DNA of 64,000 nucleotides, from contig MU058289.1 of the NCBI GenBank assembly GCA_013265495.1, forward strand, positions 1,361,451-1,425,450. Direction: 5' to 3'. Below, piece after piece: positions 14,386-26,756 of the stretch. The DNA comes from Vicugna vicugna. Lineage: Eukaryota. A program made the translations under genes and the position numbers. Position 1 is the stretch's first letter; each line of letters begins with the position of its first letter. The notes under the pieces were generated by a model. It was given only the letters and a program-made list of their open reading frames with translations. It did no database searches and had not been told where the DNA came from.

Positions 14386-15889
14386 TAAACATATCTTCAT
14401 TTACTTATTGCTTATTTGGGTTTCCCCTTAGGTGAAAAAAAAATGCCTGCTAGTATTATTTTGTCACGCTATCTTTTTCTTACTGATAACTGAAATATAC
14501 TCCAGATTACAATTTTTAGTTGCTTATACGTTGCAGATATTGTCTCCCATATAATAGCTTATTATTTGCACATCATTTAATGTCTCCTGATGACATAGTT
14601 AATAAATTTGAACGTATTAATCCTTTCTTTTAAGATTAGCACTTGTATCTTTAGAAATTGTTCCTTAACCCCAAGGATAAGGATAAAGATTTTCTCCTAT
14701 ATTAGAACACTCCAAAGTTTTGCCTTTCACATCTAGATAATTAATACACTTGGTCTTAATTTCTATATATTATTTATAAATATTGACTGAAGCACAGAAT
14801 ATAATTTTTTCCCACATTGACAATGAACTGCTTTCCCTTTTATTTAGTCCCCTGTTTCATCTGGGATCTACTATGCAACCTCAGTCGCTATCAGTTTTTC
14901 TGTCCCTGTACCAGCAAACCACTAAATTATTTTTAGCTTATATTAAATCTTGACATCTGTTAAAGCAAGTCATCTCAACATACTCTTCTCCAGGGATGTT
15001 TTGGTTCCTCTTAGGCTTTATTCTTCCATATAAATTTTAGAATCAACTGAACAAGTTCCAATAAAATCCCCAAGGTTTTAATTAGAATTGCACTGAATCA
15101 AGTTGATATTATATTTACACAAATTAGTATAAACGTATTTTTTGCTGACAGCTAAGAGGGCCTAAAAGAAATGATACCCCAGCAGCATGCCTAAGTACTC
15201 CTATCTTGGTTTCTAAAGTCATTCTTCAATGAAAGGATCAGGGCTCCTCGGAGAAATGTCTGATTCTAGGATTGGGGCAGGAAATATACAAGATGAGCCT
15301 GAAGCACCTTGTAGTACCAGAAAGTAAGAAATTGTTCCAAAAAAACACACACTGATGGTGGTATGCCAAAGAGCACAAAGCCAACTGAAAAGCTCCCAAA
15401 GGCCAAGGCTGGAACAATTTGAGCAATAAAATAAACTATTAGATTATAATTCAAACTATAAAATATATTCAATATCGGTGAATCCACACTGACGTTAATG
15501 AGTGAGAAGGGACAGGACAATATAGAAAGGGGAGGAGGGAGTAACTTTACAGCAGAGAAACCAGACAAACACCACCCTAAGTGATTAAGGCTACATTAAT
15601 AATCCCATGTACCCTTCACATGTGATGAAAATGGCACTTTACCTCTGTGGTTTTCCTCCCAAAACCCATAACCACAGTATTATGATGAGAAAAACATCAC
15701 ACAAATTCCAGAGTGGGGCATCCTACAAAATACCTGAGCAGTACTCAAAACTAACAAGGTCATCAAGAACAAGGAAACTCGGAGAAACCGTCACAGCCCC
15801 CTTAAGGGGGGCCTAACGAGACATGACAACTAATTATAATGTGACACCCCGGAACAGAAAAAGATAGTGGGTAAAAACTAAGATTTGCT

Positions 15890-16033
15890 GGGGGTGGTGG
15901 TGGTGGTGGTGGTGGTTACAGCTCAGCGGCACAGTACCTGTTTAGCATGCCCAAGGTCCCAGGTTCGACCCCCAGTACCGTCAGTAAAAAATAAACAATT
16001 ACCTCTCCTGACATATGGGGAAAAAAAAAAAAC
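15890..16033 (+). mobile_element. Vic-1-like SINE with (GGT)8 head
   Basis: (GGT)8-TACAGCTCAGCGG...TTAGCATGCCCAAGGTCCCAGGTTCGACCCCCAGTACC...poly(A). Confidence 0.8.
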
Positions 16034-17145
16034 ACTAAGGGGATTTAAATAAACTATGGACATCAGTTAACTAATAATGTATCAATCAATACTGGTTCAT
16101 TTATATGTATGTATCATACTAACATAAGATGTTAACAACAGAGGAAACTGGGTTTGGGAGCTCTGCACTATCTTCTCAATTATTCTAATCTGAAACTGTT
16201 CTAAAAAGTAAAGGTTATTAAGAAGAAAAAAAATGTTTGCCAAATAAAGCTCACAAATATGTTTCCTGTGAAATTTTGTCATAGTGTTATATGTGTACTT
16301 TACTGGGTAAATATATTATACCTCAATCAAAAAATAAACCAAAGTTTGCTGGAGGTTCCTAGGAGCTGTCTTACCAGGCTGATAAAGTTCTCCTCGTATT
16401 TTACTAAGAATTTTTGTCATGAAAGGGTGTTTGCTGAATTTTACCAAATGCGTCTCCTACATCTACTAAGATTACACAGTTTCTCTTTAATTTCTTTATC
16501 AAGTAAATGGTATTTATAGATTTTGCTACTGTTAAACCACGCTTGCACTCCTAGAATAAATACAACTTGGTCATGGTACACTTACTGTTTTACACCATTC
16601 TAGATTCCTATGCTAATGTTTTGTATAGGATTTTTTTCACCTACATTTATGAATGACAATGTCTTACAATTTTCCTTTTTCCCATAATAGCCTTAAGTGG
16701 TCTTGCTCTCAAAGACAAGCTAGCCCCATAACATGAAATAAGTATTCAGTTTTTTAAAAAATTTCTCTGGGAGAGTTTATATAAGCTTAGAATAATATAC
16801 TTCTTACAAATTCAGTGGAAATCACCTGTAAACTCACATAGGTTTGGTGTATTATTCAGAGGAATTTAAACCATTGGTTAAATTTCCCAAAGGCACAGAA
16901 CTATTTGATTTCTTTTCTAGTCAGTTCTGTAAGTTGTTTTTTAATGAATCTATCCAATCATGAAGTTTTTAAGTGCACTGGCCTGTTTTTCTTTTATCAA
17001 CATCCCTTTTTTTCTTTATTATTCTAATCTGTCTTGAGATTACAGTCCCCATTTAGTTATCTATCTCCTCTCCTTTTCATGATCAAACTTACCGATTATA
17101 TTTTTTGTCCTTACCTCAATTATACTCTTCCTTCTAATTTTTTTG

Positions 17146-17189
17146 GTATATTTTTTATTGAAGTATAGTCAGTTTACAATGTTGCATCA
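17146..17189 (-). mobile_element. Micro L1 3'-end insertion with TSD
   Basis: TTTTTATTGAAGTATAGTCAGTTTACAATGTTG between CCT(T/C)CTAATTTTTTTG repeats (17130-17145, 17190-17205). Confidence 0.7.
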
Positions 17190-17573
17190 CCTCCTAATTT
17201 TTTTGAGTTTATTATGTTCTTTTTCTAACATAGTTGCATCCTTCACTCACTAATGTTCACCCTCCCTCACATGTGTAGGCCTGTAACTTTTCTTCCAACC
17301 ACCACATCCAATGCACCCTACAAGTTTCACATGTAGTATTTTCAGTGTTATTACAAAGTATTTTTTAAAATTTTCATTACATTTCTTAACCAATGAGTTA
17401 CTTATGTTTTTATGTTTCTAAATACATACATCTGTATTCATTTAGTTACATGCCTGTCTCCAGTCAGACCAAGCTTCATCGTAAGTACAATTTCTCCAAG
17501 GCATTTAAATAAAAATGACTCCATCTTCCATCATCAGTACTAAAAATATGCCCAGAAATATATATACTCTTAC

Positions 17574-17695
17574 TTGAACAAATATTTTGCCCAAACGATG
17601 CAATGAATAGGTTCTGAAGGTGTGTTACGAATTGTACAGCCAGGAAAAGTTCTCTGGGTTGGTTTGGGATGACATTCATAACATTCAGTCACACC
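17574..17695 (-). CDS. UBA2: UBA2 exon 6 (Zn-binding CYEC and catalytic Cys)
   Basis: [48 protein letters not shown]; 122 nt. Confidence 0.98.
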
Positions 17696-19334
17696 CTGCA
17701 AAGTCAGGATATGAGAAAAATATTTATCCCATGATGGTGGTTTCTCAATATTGTAAGGTAATATAATAATCATAAACATTTCATTCATTCATCTACGTTC
17801 CAACTGTCAAGAAAATTTTAAAGTATTAGTGACTCCAAAATCCTTACTTTACAGGAAAGGCACACAGAAGTTAACTGCATCTAACACAGTCACAGCTAAG
17901 GCTAAGCCAGGACTCCTCTGACTCCTGGCCCAGGGACCACTGCTCACAACAAGCCAGAGAAAAACGACTGCGCCTGAACACCAAACACAAGCAGTTTACC
18001 TTGGTCACACTAAACAGACAGGAAACCTACTAGAAAGACAAACACCAGCTTTCCAACCAGTCATCTCTCAAAGTTGTGAAAGTCAGTCATTTAAGTATTA
18101 TTTGTAGCTTTACCTTACAAGCTCCTAAAGATTAAGTGAACTTAAAAGCATTAATTTCTAGAGCTACTGAGACACATGGAAAAATCTCAGGTACTGCCAA
18201 ACCAAATACTCTTCATTTTGTTGCTAAGGGGTTATGGTTAAAGTTACACTGTAAGGAATCCCTGAAAGAAGTCTACAGCACCTGAGACAATTTTCCAAAC
18301 TATCAAACGAATATTCTTCATCTCAGCAATTCTCAATCTCAGTCTTAATATACATGTGTCTCAGGATCACAGTAATGTTCTTCTAATAATGGTTAAAAAC
18401 CCCAAACCTGCAAATATCATTTTAATAAAAACTGCAGCAGATCCAGGGTTTTCTCCATAATGTCATTTCTGCTGTCCTTCCAATATGCTTTCTTGGGGGC
18501 GGCCATATGGCAGTGGATCCCTCACATCACAGTGGATAAAGAAGAGAACTACTGCCTTGACCTAGCAACAGATCCTGAAGGCCTCCAGTGATTTAACATT
18601 TAATACAGACTGATATTTACAAGTCTTTGTGGAATGACATGAAATAAACTTCCAAAGAATATTAAACAGTAAAAATAACTGAAATAGAGCAAAAATTTTT
18701 AGCATGGGTAAACTGCCAAATAGAAGACAAAAATAACAAACTTTGAGTATAAATTCTTTTAGTTTAAAACCTGCAAAATGATTCTTCAAATGTGTCTGTT
18801 TAATTTCTAGAAAGAACTAAAAGAAAAAAGACCTGAACAGCAAATGAGTAACAATGCTGAGATTGTATAAAACAGGATTATAAGCACACAGGTATTTGTT
18901 CTTATTGTCTAGTTTTATCTGTACGTTTGAAATATTTCACAAATACACCAAAAGAAGTCTTCAAAATACTCTTCAGCTCTTTCTAAATCTTTAAATCCAC
19001 TTCAGACAGTAAGTAACTTTCTAGAAAGCCGGTTTACCATATATGAACTATAGCATGACATATAGTCTCATGGCTACCAAGAATTTTAAGACAAGCTTAG
19101 TACACTTGCCAGCCGAAGGATTTTAACACACAAGCCTCACGAAACAAAGCAGCATGGAGCTTAAAGATCTCTGCCTATACTCTTTGTGGGTGCCTTTACA
19201 ACATCCCAAGTTTAAATGGGCACAAAAAAATTCTCACATCCTGTTATATGAATCCAAAGTTTATTTCTTCCCTCTTTAATGTCCCAAATAAATATCTAGG
19301 AAGTTAAAAAAAAAACAAACCAAAACTTCTTTAC

Positions 19335-19435
19335 CTTTTTGATAGTGGTTACCTGCCCAAGATAACCAGCAGTTCCACTCTCAATAAGAGGGACATCAGC
19401 GGCTAGACACATTCTATTAACGTGGTTGCGGGCAG
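19335..19435 (-). CDS. UBA2: UBA2 exon 5
   Basis: (A)[41 protein letters not shown]; 101 nt. Confidence 0.96.
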
Positions 19436-20255
19436 CTGCAAGAAAAACACTAGTTAGCAGGAGTTTACGGAAAAAAACAGAAGAAAATTATGTAGTTACC
19501 TTTAACTAGGATGAAATTTACCCAAAGTATCTTTTGTTTTTATTTCATGTACCATTTTCTTATAGCTATGATCAGAATAATATAACTGCTATAGACATTT
19601 AAGAGACATTCACCAACAAAATTTCAAACATAAGAAATTTATGCCACAAATTTACTCCAGGAAAAGCACCACCTATGTATCATTTTTTAATTCCAAAGTG
19701 CCATCTTCCTCTTGTACTGCTGTGCCTACTTCCATTAACCTTGGCTACAACACTGTTTCCATGCTCCCCAAGTCCTTCACTTGCTCTTATTCTAATATAA
19801 ATATCAGGTAATACATGGAAGTGAACAGACAATATGGATATCAATTTGGAACTATTAAGGCAGTTTAAGGTTAGGGGGAAAAAGATGAATCCAGTTAAAA
19901 GAGTCATCCTGACTCTTTCTCATGTTACTTTGTATATTTTTTCTTTTGATATTTCTGGCCCCAAATTGTTACAAACTCACTTGACAGATATACTTTATCA
20001 TGTGGAAGAAATTACAGAGAATTACGAAGCATTCTCATTTAAGTATTTACATTCCAGACTCACAGATCTGTTAAAAACTGGCTATACAATACTTGATTAT
20101 ATGAAATATCACCCATATTGTAGAAAGCTTAAATGACCTAACTGTGCACTGTAATAGAATCCAGCCTGATATCTTACAACACCAGATATACCTAACATAA
20201 TTCCAGAGCCATGACTTCTATGCTAACTTTGCCATCCTGTTGCCTCATTCTTAAA

Positions 20256-20438
20256 ATAGTGGTTTTCAGCCCTAACTGCACTTTAGATCATCTGGGTCAC
20301 TCTGGAAAAATAAGATCTTCAGGTCTCATGCACAGGGTCTGATTTAATGAGCCTTAGGTGGTGTCTGGTCACCGACGTTTCTTAGATCCCCACGTAGATA
20401 AAGGAGGTTACCCTGTGTTTAAGTGCTGGGACCATCTG
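20256..20438. mobile_element. MER5-like hAT-Charlie MITE
   Basis: AGTGGTTTTCAGCCCTAACTGCACTTTAGATCATCTGGG...CTGATTTAAT...GGGACCATCTG. Confidence 0.55.
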
Positions 20439-20684
20439 CAACAAACATGCATGTACAAGGCTGTGCATTCATCTTCTTTAAAGATTTTAACTTCCCCTAT
20501 ATTCACACTCATTCTAGTTAAAATTATAATCAACTGACAAGCTTTAAACCTGATCTTACTTCCCTTTTTAGGTCTTTTAAGTTCTAGCTCATAAGGAAAT
20601 ATCTAAATTAATACTGAATGTGTAAACAACCTTGTTATGAAGAAAGGGAAATATTTAGAATGAGAAGTATTAAAATAATCTCAC

Positions 20685-20749
20685 CTCTGTTATCTAAAGC
20701 ATTCATAACCAATATAAATTGTCGAAAAAATTCCACATTATAGTCAGGG
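20685..20749 (-). CDS. UBA2: UBA2 exon 4
   Basis: PDYNVEFFRQFILVMNALDNR; TAG/GTGAG; 65 nt. Confidence 0.96.
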
Positions 20750-21933
20750 CTACAAAGTAAAACAAAACAAAAGGTCACCAAAACAACTAGCCTTACACAT
20801 GAGCTTCACAGTATAACACAGGGTCCTAAAAAGCATATTAAATAAAAGTACAAATAACTGATATTAGGGGTCTCTACCACATAGACAGGTTTGACTTTTT
20901 CCAAACATCATAAACAAACTGAAAAAAACTATTTCCCCCTAATTCCTATGAGTGACTATACATCCTTTTTGGCCAGCTATCTAGGGCACAAGAGCAGAGT
21001 CTCAAACTGGCATGACTTCACTAGTCCCACCAGGCCTTCTTGGGCAGCAAGTGCCTGGGAACATACAAAGGATACATTCCCAGGATCTGGCTGGCCTCTG
21101 GCTTCACCTCACATGGTCAGGATCAGGCAGGGTTCAGGCCCCTAGGGTCCCTGCTTTTAGCAGCACTGGGAAAGCAACACAGGGTAAGGACGCTGTAGGG
21201 CTATAGGCAAACTTGTAGAGCAAACATCCAGAAAATAAAAAGGAAGCTGGAGACACAAATTCCCCGAGAAAGCACAAGACTCTCTAGTTCCAGGCCTCAA
21301 ACAAGAATTCATTGTTTTTAATCCCATTTACTTGTGGCTTGGACAACTATAGATATAGGATATTTTAAGCCTGGGGTTCCTTTGCCCCAATGCCTCTAAA
21401 ATTATGTATTTACTCTATTTATCTTTACTGAAATTAGAGTGTATTTATGTACCGTCAAAACTACTGCCCCATCACAATCCCCAGTTTTGTATTACAGAAG
21501 TTGAAATCCTAACAAATTATTTTGGGAGGGAATCTTTTACATTGAAAAAGGCCATAGCTGAAATCAATCAGAATGAGAGCAATATATTCAGGTAAGTCTG
21601 AATCATCACATATAAGAATTTCTCATAGTTTAGAATATCTTTTTATTTAAAACAAGAATATAAAGTCCTTCTAAGTTTCTAAGTAACTTATTTCAAGTAT
21701 TAAAGTAACACACTTCTTATCTAAATCATTCAAATTAAACATATATTAACTGTTAAAAGAATGCCACTTATGTGGGTACAACCTATCACATTTTAATTAT
21801 TCTAGAAAAATAATTATAAAAAAAGTAGAATGACAGTTCATACATTTAGCTAATAAAAATATCTTATACTTTAAAAATTCAATTAAACATTCCCAGCAAA
21901 CACAATCTTGCAACATAATAATTAAGAGCATAC

Positions 21934-22004
21934 TTCATGATGCTGTCATGGTAGGCTATGATATTAGCTTTCGGATAAAACTGCAGTACACTTTCTTTGG
22001 CAAC
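21934..22004 (-). CDS. UBA2: UBA2 exon 3
   Basis: VAKESVLQFYPKANIIAYHDSIM(N); CAG/GTATG; 71 nt. Confidence 0.96.
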
Positions 22005-22398
22005 CTGGAAAAACAAACAACACTAAATTACTAATTTACTAAATTATGATTAACATTTCTATCTGTACATGAAGTCTATTTATGGCAGACAATAGTTGTT
22101 TCACCTACTTACATAATACCTTATATTAAAAATGAAAGAAATATAAAAACAAAATCTTCCACATGTCAGATCTGTATGATGCACTTGGTGAGCCAAAGTG
22201 ACATTAATCAAATAACCATCTAGATAACTGTAACTACAACCTATGATAAATGACACACAGAAAAAGTAGAGGTTGTTAGGAGAGGAAGATCTGACTTAGG
22301 AAAGTACCCCCAGGGAAAATTTGAAAAATGCAAAGAAGAGTGAAAGTTGGCCCAAAAGGCTGGGAAAAGAAAAAGAAAAAGATGTTTTAAAACCCTGA

Positions 22399-23366
22399 AT
22401 CAAGGGGTTGGAAGTGTGAGTGTTTGATCAAGTTCGGGAACTAGGGATCCAGCAGGGATAAACAGTGCTCGGGGCCAGTCTGAGCTGCAGAGCTGGCATC
22501 TTTAACCCAGCCGAGGAAGAGGGAAGCAGGCCACCTGCCAGCTAGAGCTGCCCTTCACAGTATGAGCCCAATGGCGGAGACACAGTGACTTCGTTAAGTG
22601 TCTCCAAAAGTCCCCTTGCTAGCCTCTGGGGTATGGAATCTTACAAGCAGAACCATAAGCCTTCCAGAAGTCTGCCCACCACTCCTCCTGCCCACTGCCT
22701 GGGTTCTCTTTTAGAATTGAAAGATTATTCTGCCTGGTTTATGGATCCCTGATTTCATTCTTGCTGCTACTGAGGCTGCTGTAATGGTTGGTGGATGTTT
22801 TTAGGTCTTGGAGGCTTGGCAGAGGATGCTTTCAGTGACAGACAGGGTCATCTCAGGAGTGCTCTGTTTCTCTGACCTGGGGACCAGAGGGAAAAAACAC
22901 GCACACTGGGCCGTCTGTCTGTGGCCGAAGAGAGTGAGTAAGCCTGGGAGAAGCAGGTCGCCATAGCCAATGGATGAAAGGCCTCAGTACACCCCTTGCA
23001 AGGATGGCCACAGCTTCCCAGCCCCAGGAGACCCCCAAGTAAGAGGGCTCAGCTCACAGGCTGGGCCAAGGACAGCCAGAGGCCCTACGATGGGTTGCAA
23101 GTTCTCACGAGGCTGCGTTTGAGACTTATCTGCCTGTTTTGCACTTCAGATGAGGGGAGGCAGCGTGCATGATGGTCAGACACAGCAGCCTCCTTATCAC
23201 AATCCTGCTACTTATTTGTCTGGTGACCTGGGTGTGTTATTTACCCTTTCCAAGCTTTAACTTCTCCGTCTATGAAGCAAAGCTCAAACTACCTCAATTC
23301 AGTTAAGGAACTTGGAACACTGCAGATGTTCAATAAAGGCATTTCTCTATTAAAACAAAACAAAAC
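22399..23366 (+). pseudogene. Retrotransposed copy of an unidentified transcript 3' end (orphan retrocopy or transduction)
   Basis: Flanked by AAAACCCTGA direct repeats (22389-22398, 23367-23376) at a TT/AAAA site; AATAAA 23332-23337 then an (AAAAC)n tail; GC-richer than the host intron. Confidence 0.75.
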
Positions 23367-23818
23367 AAAACCCTGACTTAAGATGGAATATTCAGTGAAC
23401 TAAAGAAAGGTCAGGGTGGCTAGAACCTCAAGAGAAGGGATGTCTTCTAAAAGCAACAACAGCATAGATTATAGCTTCTCTTGCCCCCAAATACAGGAGC
23501 AGCCAATCTCTAGGGAATGCAGGGACACAAACTTCATTTCAAGTAAACAATCAGAAATTTAAGAAGGGGACACCATTTAAAAGACTGGGTAGAGCACTTT
23601 TATTTCCTCTGTAGACTGAAAAAGGAGGGTGTAGTCTTCAGTCCCTTATCAAAGAGGTCTTTTACTCTTTACAATCCCTCAGCTAAAAAGAAATGGCTTC
23701 TCCCATATTCTCCTCCTACTAGAGTCCAAATTAATCTGATGCCATAAATAGAAGATCCATCACAGGATAAAAATATAAATGAATAGATAAACAGAAATGG
23801 TATGAGAAATACAGTTAC

Positions 23819-23902
23819 CTGGGCCTTTGATCTTCCAACATGTTTCTTTTGAAACAAAAACTGCCTGTTGAGGTTGCTGACATCAATAGTATCCAGATCA
23901 AT
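23819..23902 (-). CDS. UBA2: UBA2 exon 2
   Basis: [31 protein letters not shown] acceptor, GTAAC donor; 84 nt. Confidence 0.97.
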
Positions 23903-25149
23903 CTACAAATGCATAAGCCTCAGATAAATCACAAATTTCCTGGTATGTTTGAACAATAAATATCACTATCGTCAGCATCCATAACCCAGAACTTTTGGTA
24001 TTTGCTACATTAGCAGAGAAAATGTTTTTTGACCAATGATACCAAAGTTGTTAAACTGATAAAAGGAATTTAATGCACATTTAAAAAAAAAACAAAACCC
24101 AAGATTTAATTTCAGAGATAACATTCTCAAAAATATTTTAGAAAGAAATATATTTTTTTGTCTGTTTAATCACCTTGGCAAATACGTTAGGAAATTCCTT
24201 TGATGGGATAAAATTATGTTGAAAACGCAGTGCTTCATTTCTCTATCAATCTAACTAGTTACTCTTTCAAATCCAATATATTACACTGTGCCCTGTTCTT
24301 TTTCTTAAATGACAGCTGACAAACAGATTTATTGAATTTTTTGCTGCTTTCTTTAATTCAGAAGTCTTTACCCATACACAATTTCATTTACAATTATTAC
24401 CTGAGAGCTGTGAAGGGAAACTTCTACACAAGATTAAAAATGTGTCATGTTTTAAGCCTTATCTAATTGCTGATTAGAAGTAAATGTAAGGGAAGAAAGT
24501 AATCGTAACAATTTTCATTCTATTTCGATAAATTTATAGGACTAATCACATGTTCCAAGTGTGAAACATCATAATGGTTTTGGTTATAATTTGTGAAAAT
24601 CACCAAAACATACTCACCTAACATTTTTTATTTGTGCTTTCTAAATTTACTACAAAAATTAAACCAAATTAAAAAAGATCAGTATTTATTTTTCAGGCGC
24701 CCAAATTCACTGTCTTGTCTATTTCAAAATGGTCCTTTTAAAGAAGTATCAGTAGTTATCAGATAAGCCACAATCATATTTGGGATTTGTGGTACAGAAC
24801 TGGATGTAAAGACTAACTCTACAAAAAAACAAAGGAAAAATGTGTGAATCCTCTTCCCTCTAGTCACTAATTTCTTAGTTCAGTCGGCTAAACCTACTTC
24901 TTTTTAATTCCGTTTCCACTACACCTTAAGACACTATAATCTCACACCCAAATTCCAGGTTACAACTCCAATCTCTAAAAAGTTAACACTAACAGGAATA
25001 ACTTGATTCAAAATTACAGTAGCTTCCCGCCATTGTACACCAGTGTAAAAGTATGTAAAAGTTAAAATCCTAGCATCCAACACCTTTTAACGAAATAAGC
25101 GACTGTACCATCTATGGTGGTAACAATGACAGCCAAGCAAAATGTACCC

Positions 25150-25390
25150 AGAACAGAGGAGCGCGAGCCCCAAAGGAGTTCTACCACTTGCTTAGCTACC
25201 CAAAGTAAGTTATTAAACCCCACTGCATCTCACTTCCCCTCTTATCTGTTAAAAAATAAACTGGGATGAAAACAGCGTTTACAAGCCTACGGCGGCAGTG
25301 AAGATTACACGCGTTAAGGCGAGTAAGCTACTCAGGACAGCGCGCGGCTCGGGACAAGCGCTCAGCAAGTAGGTCCTGGTTGCCATTACC
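25150..25390 (+). mobile_element. MIR SINE at the edge of the UBA2 CpG island
   Basis: AAGTTATTAAACCCCACTGCATCTCACTTCCC...ATCTGTTAAAA MIR core; CpG-rich 3' half. Confidence 0.65.
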
Positions 25391-25539
25391 GCCATACTCT
25401 GCTCTGGATCATTATTTCTGAGTTAAGGGGGACTTCCGAATTGAACACTCACAACATCTACAAGAGACTCAAGACAATCATCTCCTGCCTCCTGCTGATG
25501 CTGGGGAACTGCTGTAAAGCGAAGACACGAGGCCGCTTT

Positions 25540-26190
25540 CACATCCTAGAACCGCCACAAATTGGCACTGACGGGGAGGCGGGGGCGGCCCACCGCGGGA
25601 CGCCCGGAAGACCCGGGCCCTCGGCCTCCTTGGCGTGCAAACCTGGCTCAGCGGACGGCGAGGCTCGCCCCGTCCCCGCCGAAGAGCTCCCTCTCCGCGG
25701 ACAGCCAAGACCCCAGGATCTCTCGGCCCGCCCCCGAGCCCCAACTCCGGTCCCCGAGCCCCCGGCCCCGCTCCGCGGCCCGCCATTCAGCCTGTGCGCA
25801 CGCCTGGCCCTCACCAGGTCGATGTGGGAGAAACCAGTGAGCACGAGGTTCTTGAGGAGCTCGCAGCCGATGCCCCCCGCGCCCACCACCAGGACCCGGC
25901 CCCCGGCCACGGCCTCGGCCAGTTCCCGGGGTAGCCCCCGCGACAGTGCCATGGCGGGATGACCACGAGCCGCGGCGGAGGCGGAGGCGGGAGAACTGAG
26001 CGGCGGCCGGAAGCGGGTGGGGGAAGGGCGGCCTAACTTCCGGTCCTGCGCACTGTGGCCGCCAGTCGGAACCGAGTAGGCGGTGCCCAGGGACCAAGCA
26101 AGCCGGCCCGCGGTCCCGGCCCACGCTGGGCTCTGAGTAGAAGAGCCTTACACAACTCCGGCTGTATTTTAAGAGCGCGCATAGCATCTC
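25540..26190. promoter_or_regulatory. UBA2: UBA2 CpG-island promoter with paired ETS/GABP motifs
   Basis: GC/CpG-dense block around exon 1; CCGGAAG at 26007-26013 and ACTTCCGG at 26036-26043. Confidence 0.85.
25815..25952 (-). CDS. UBA2: UBA2 (SUMO-activating enzyme subunit 2) coding exon 1
   Basis: ATG in CCCGCCATGG Kozak context; MALSRGLPRELAEAVAGGRVLVVGAGGIGCELLKNLVLTGFSHIDL (GxGxxG ThiF/E1 motif); donor GTGAG at 25814; 138 nt. Confidence 0.98.
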
Positions 26191-26756
26191 TATTTGCTTT
26201 AAGAAGTTTAGGGGTCGTATTTAGCCTACGGTTTGAACTCCCCGCCAGGACTTCCTTACAGGTTAGAAAACAGGTATCCGTCTATGTAAAGAGCGCTTAC
26301 AAATTAAGAAGGAAAAAGATGTCACCCAAATAAAAAATATAAACAAAGATGTGAACAAGCGCTCCTAAAGAAAACGGACAATGCGATCAATAAGCATACT
26401 GAAATTTAATCAAAGGCATGCAAAATAGTATTCAAATTATTTTCACGTATTAAACCAGCAAAAAGAAAAAGTGTAACACCATTGTCAAGCACTCCTGTAC
26501 ACTGCAGGTAAGGATACTAAAGCAAAGCTTTCTGGAGGGTAAGTTGGCAATACGATTTGAAAAGCCCAAAAATTGTGCATAGTTTTTGACTCATTCATTC
26601 CAGTTCTAAGAATTTATCCTATGGCAGTTATTCCTGGCTTAAAAAAAATAGATAAGCCATGGAGGTGTTTATCTCAAGAATTAAAAAATGGAAAAAAATG
26701 GAACAAATATATTAGATTTTTAATACATATTTTAAAAAAATACTTCGCAGCATTTA

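Larger units (their letters stand above)
14080..17470. mobile_element. Mosaic of old L1 fragments in UBA2 intron 6 (minus-strand L1 interrupted by a plus-strand L1 3' end at ~15120-16230)
   Basis: TTTTCCAAAGTGGTTGTACCA and TTCCATATAAATTTTAGAATCA antisense-L1 motifs; L1MC/MD-like 3' UTR on the plus strand. Confidence 0.7.

Noticed and set aside
20990..21300. GC-richer patch in UBA2 intron 3 as a second retrocopy
   Set aside because: No TSD or poly(A) tail found.
25441..26333. Several 90-180 aa overlapping ORFs at the UBA2 5' end
   Set aside because: Stop-poor GC-rich CpG island; low-complexity P/R/G/A peptides; only exon 1 is supported.
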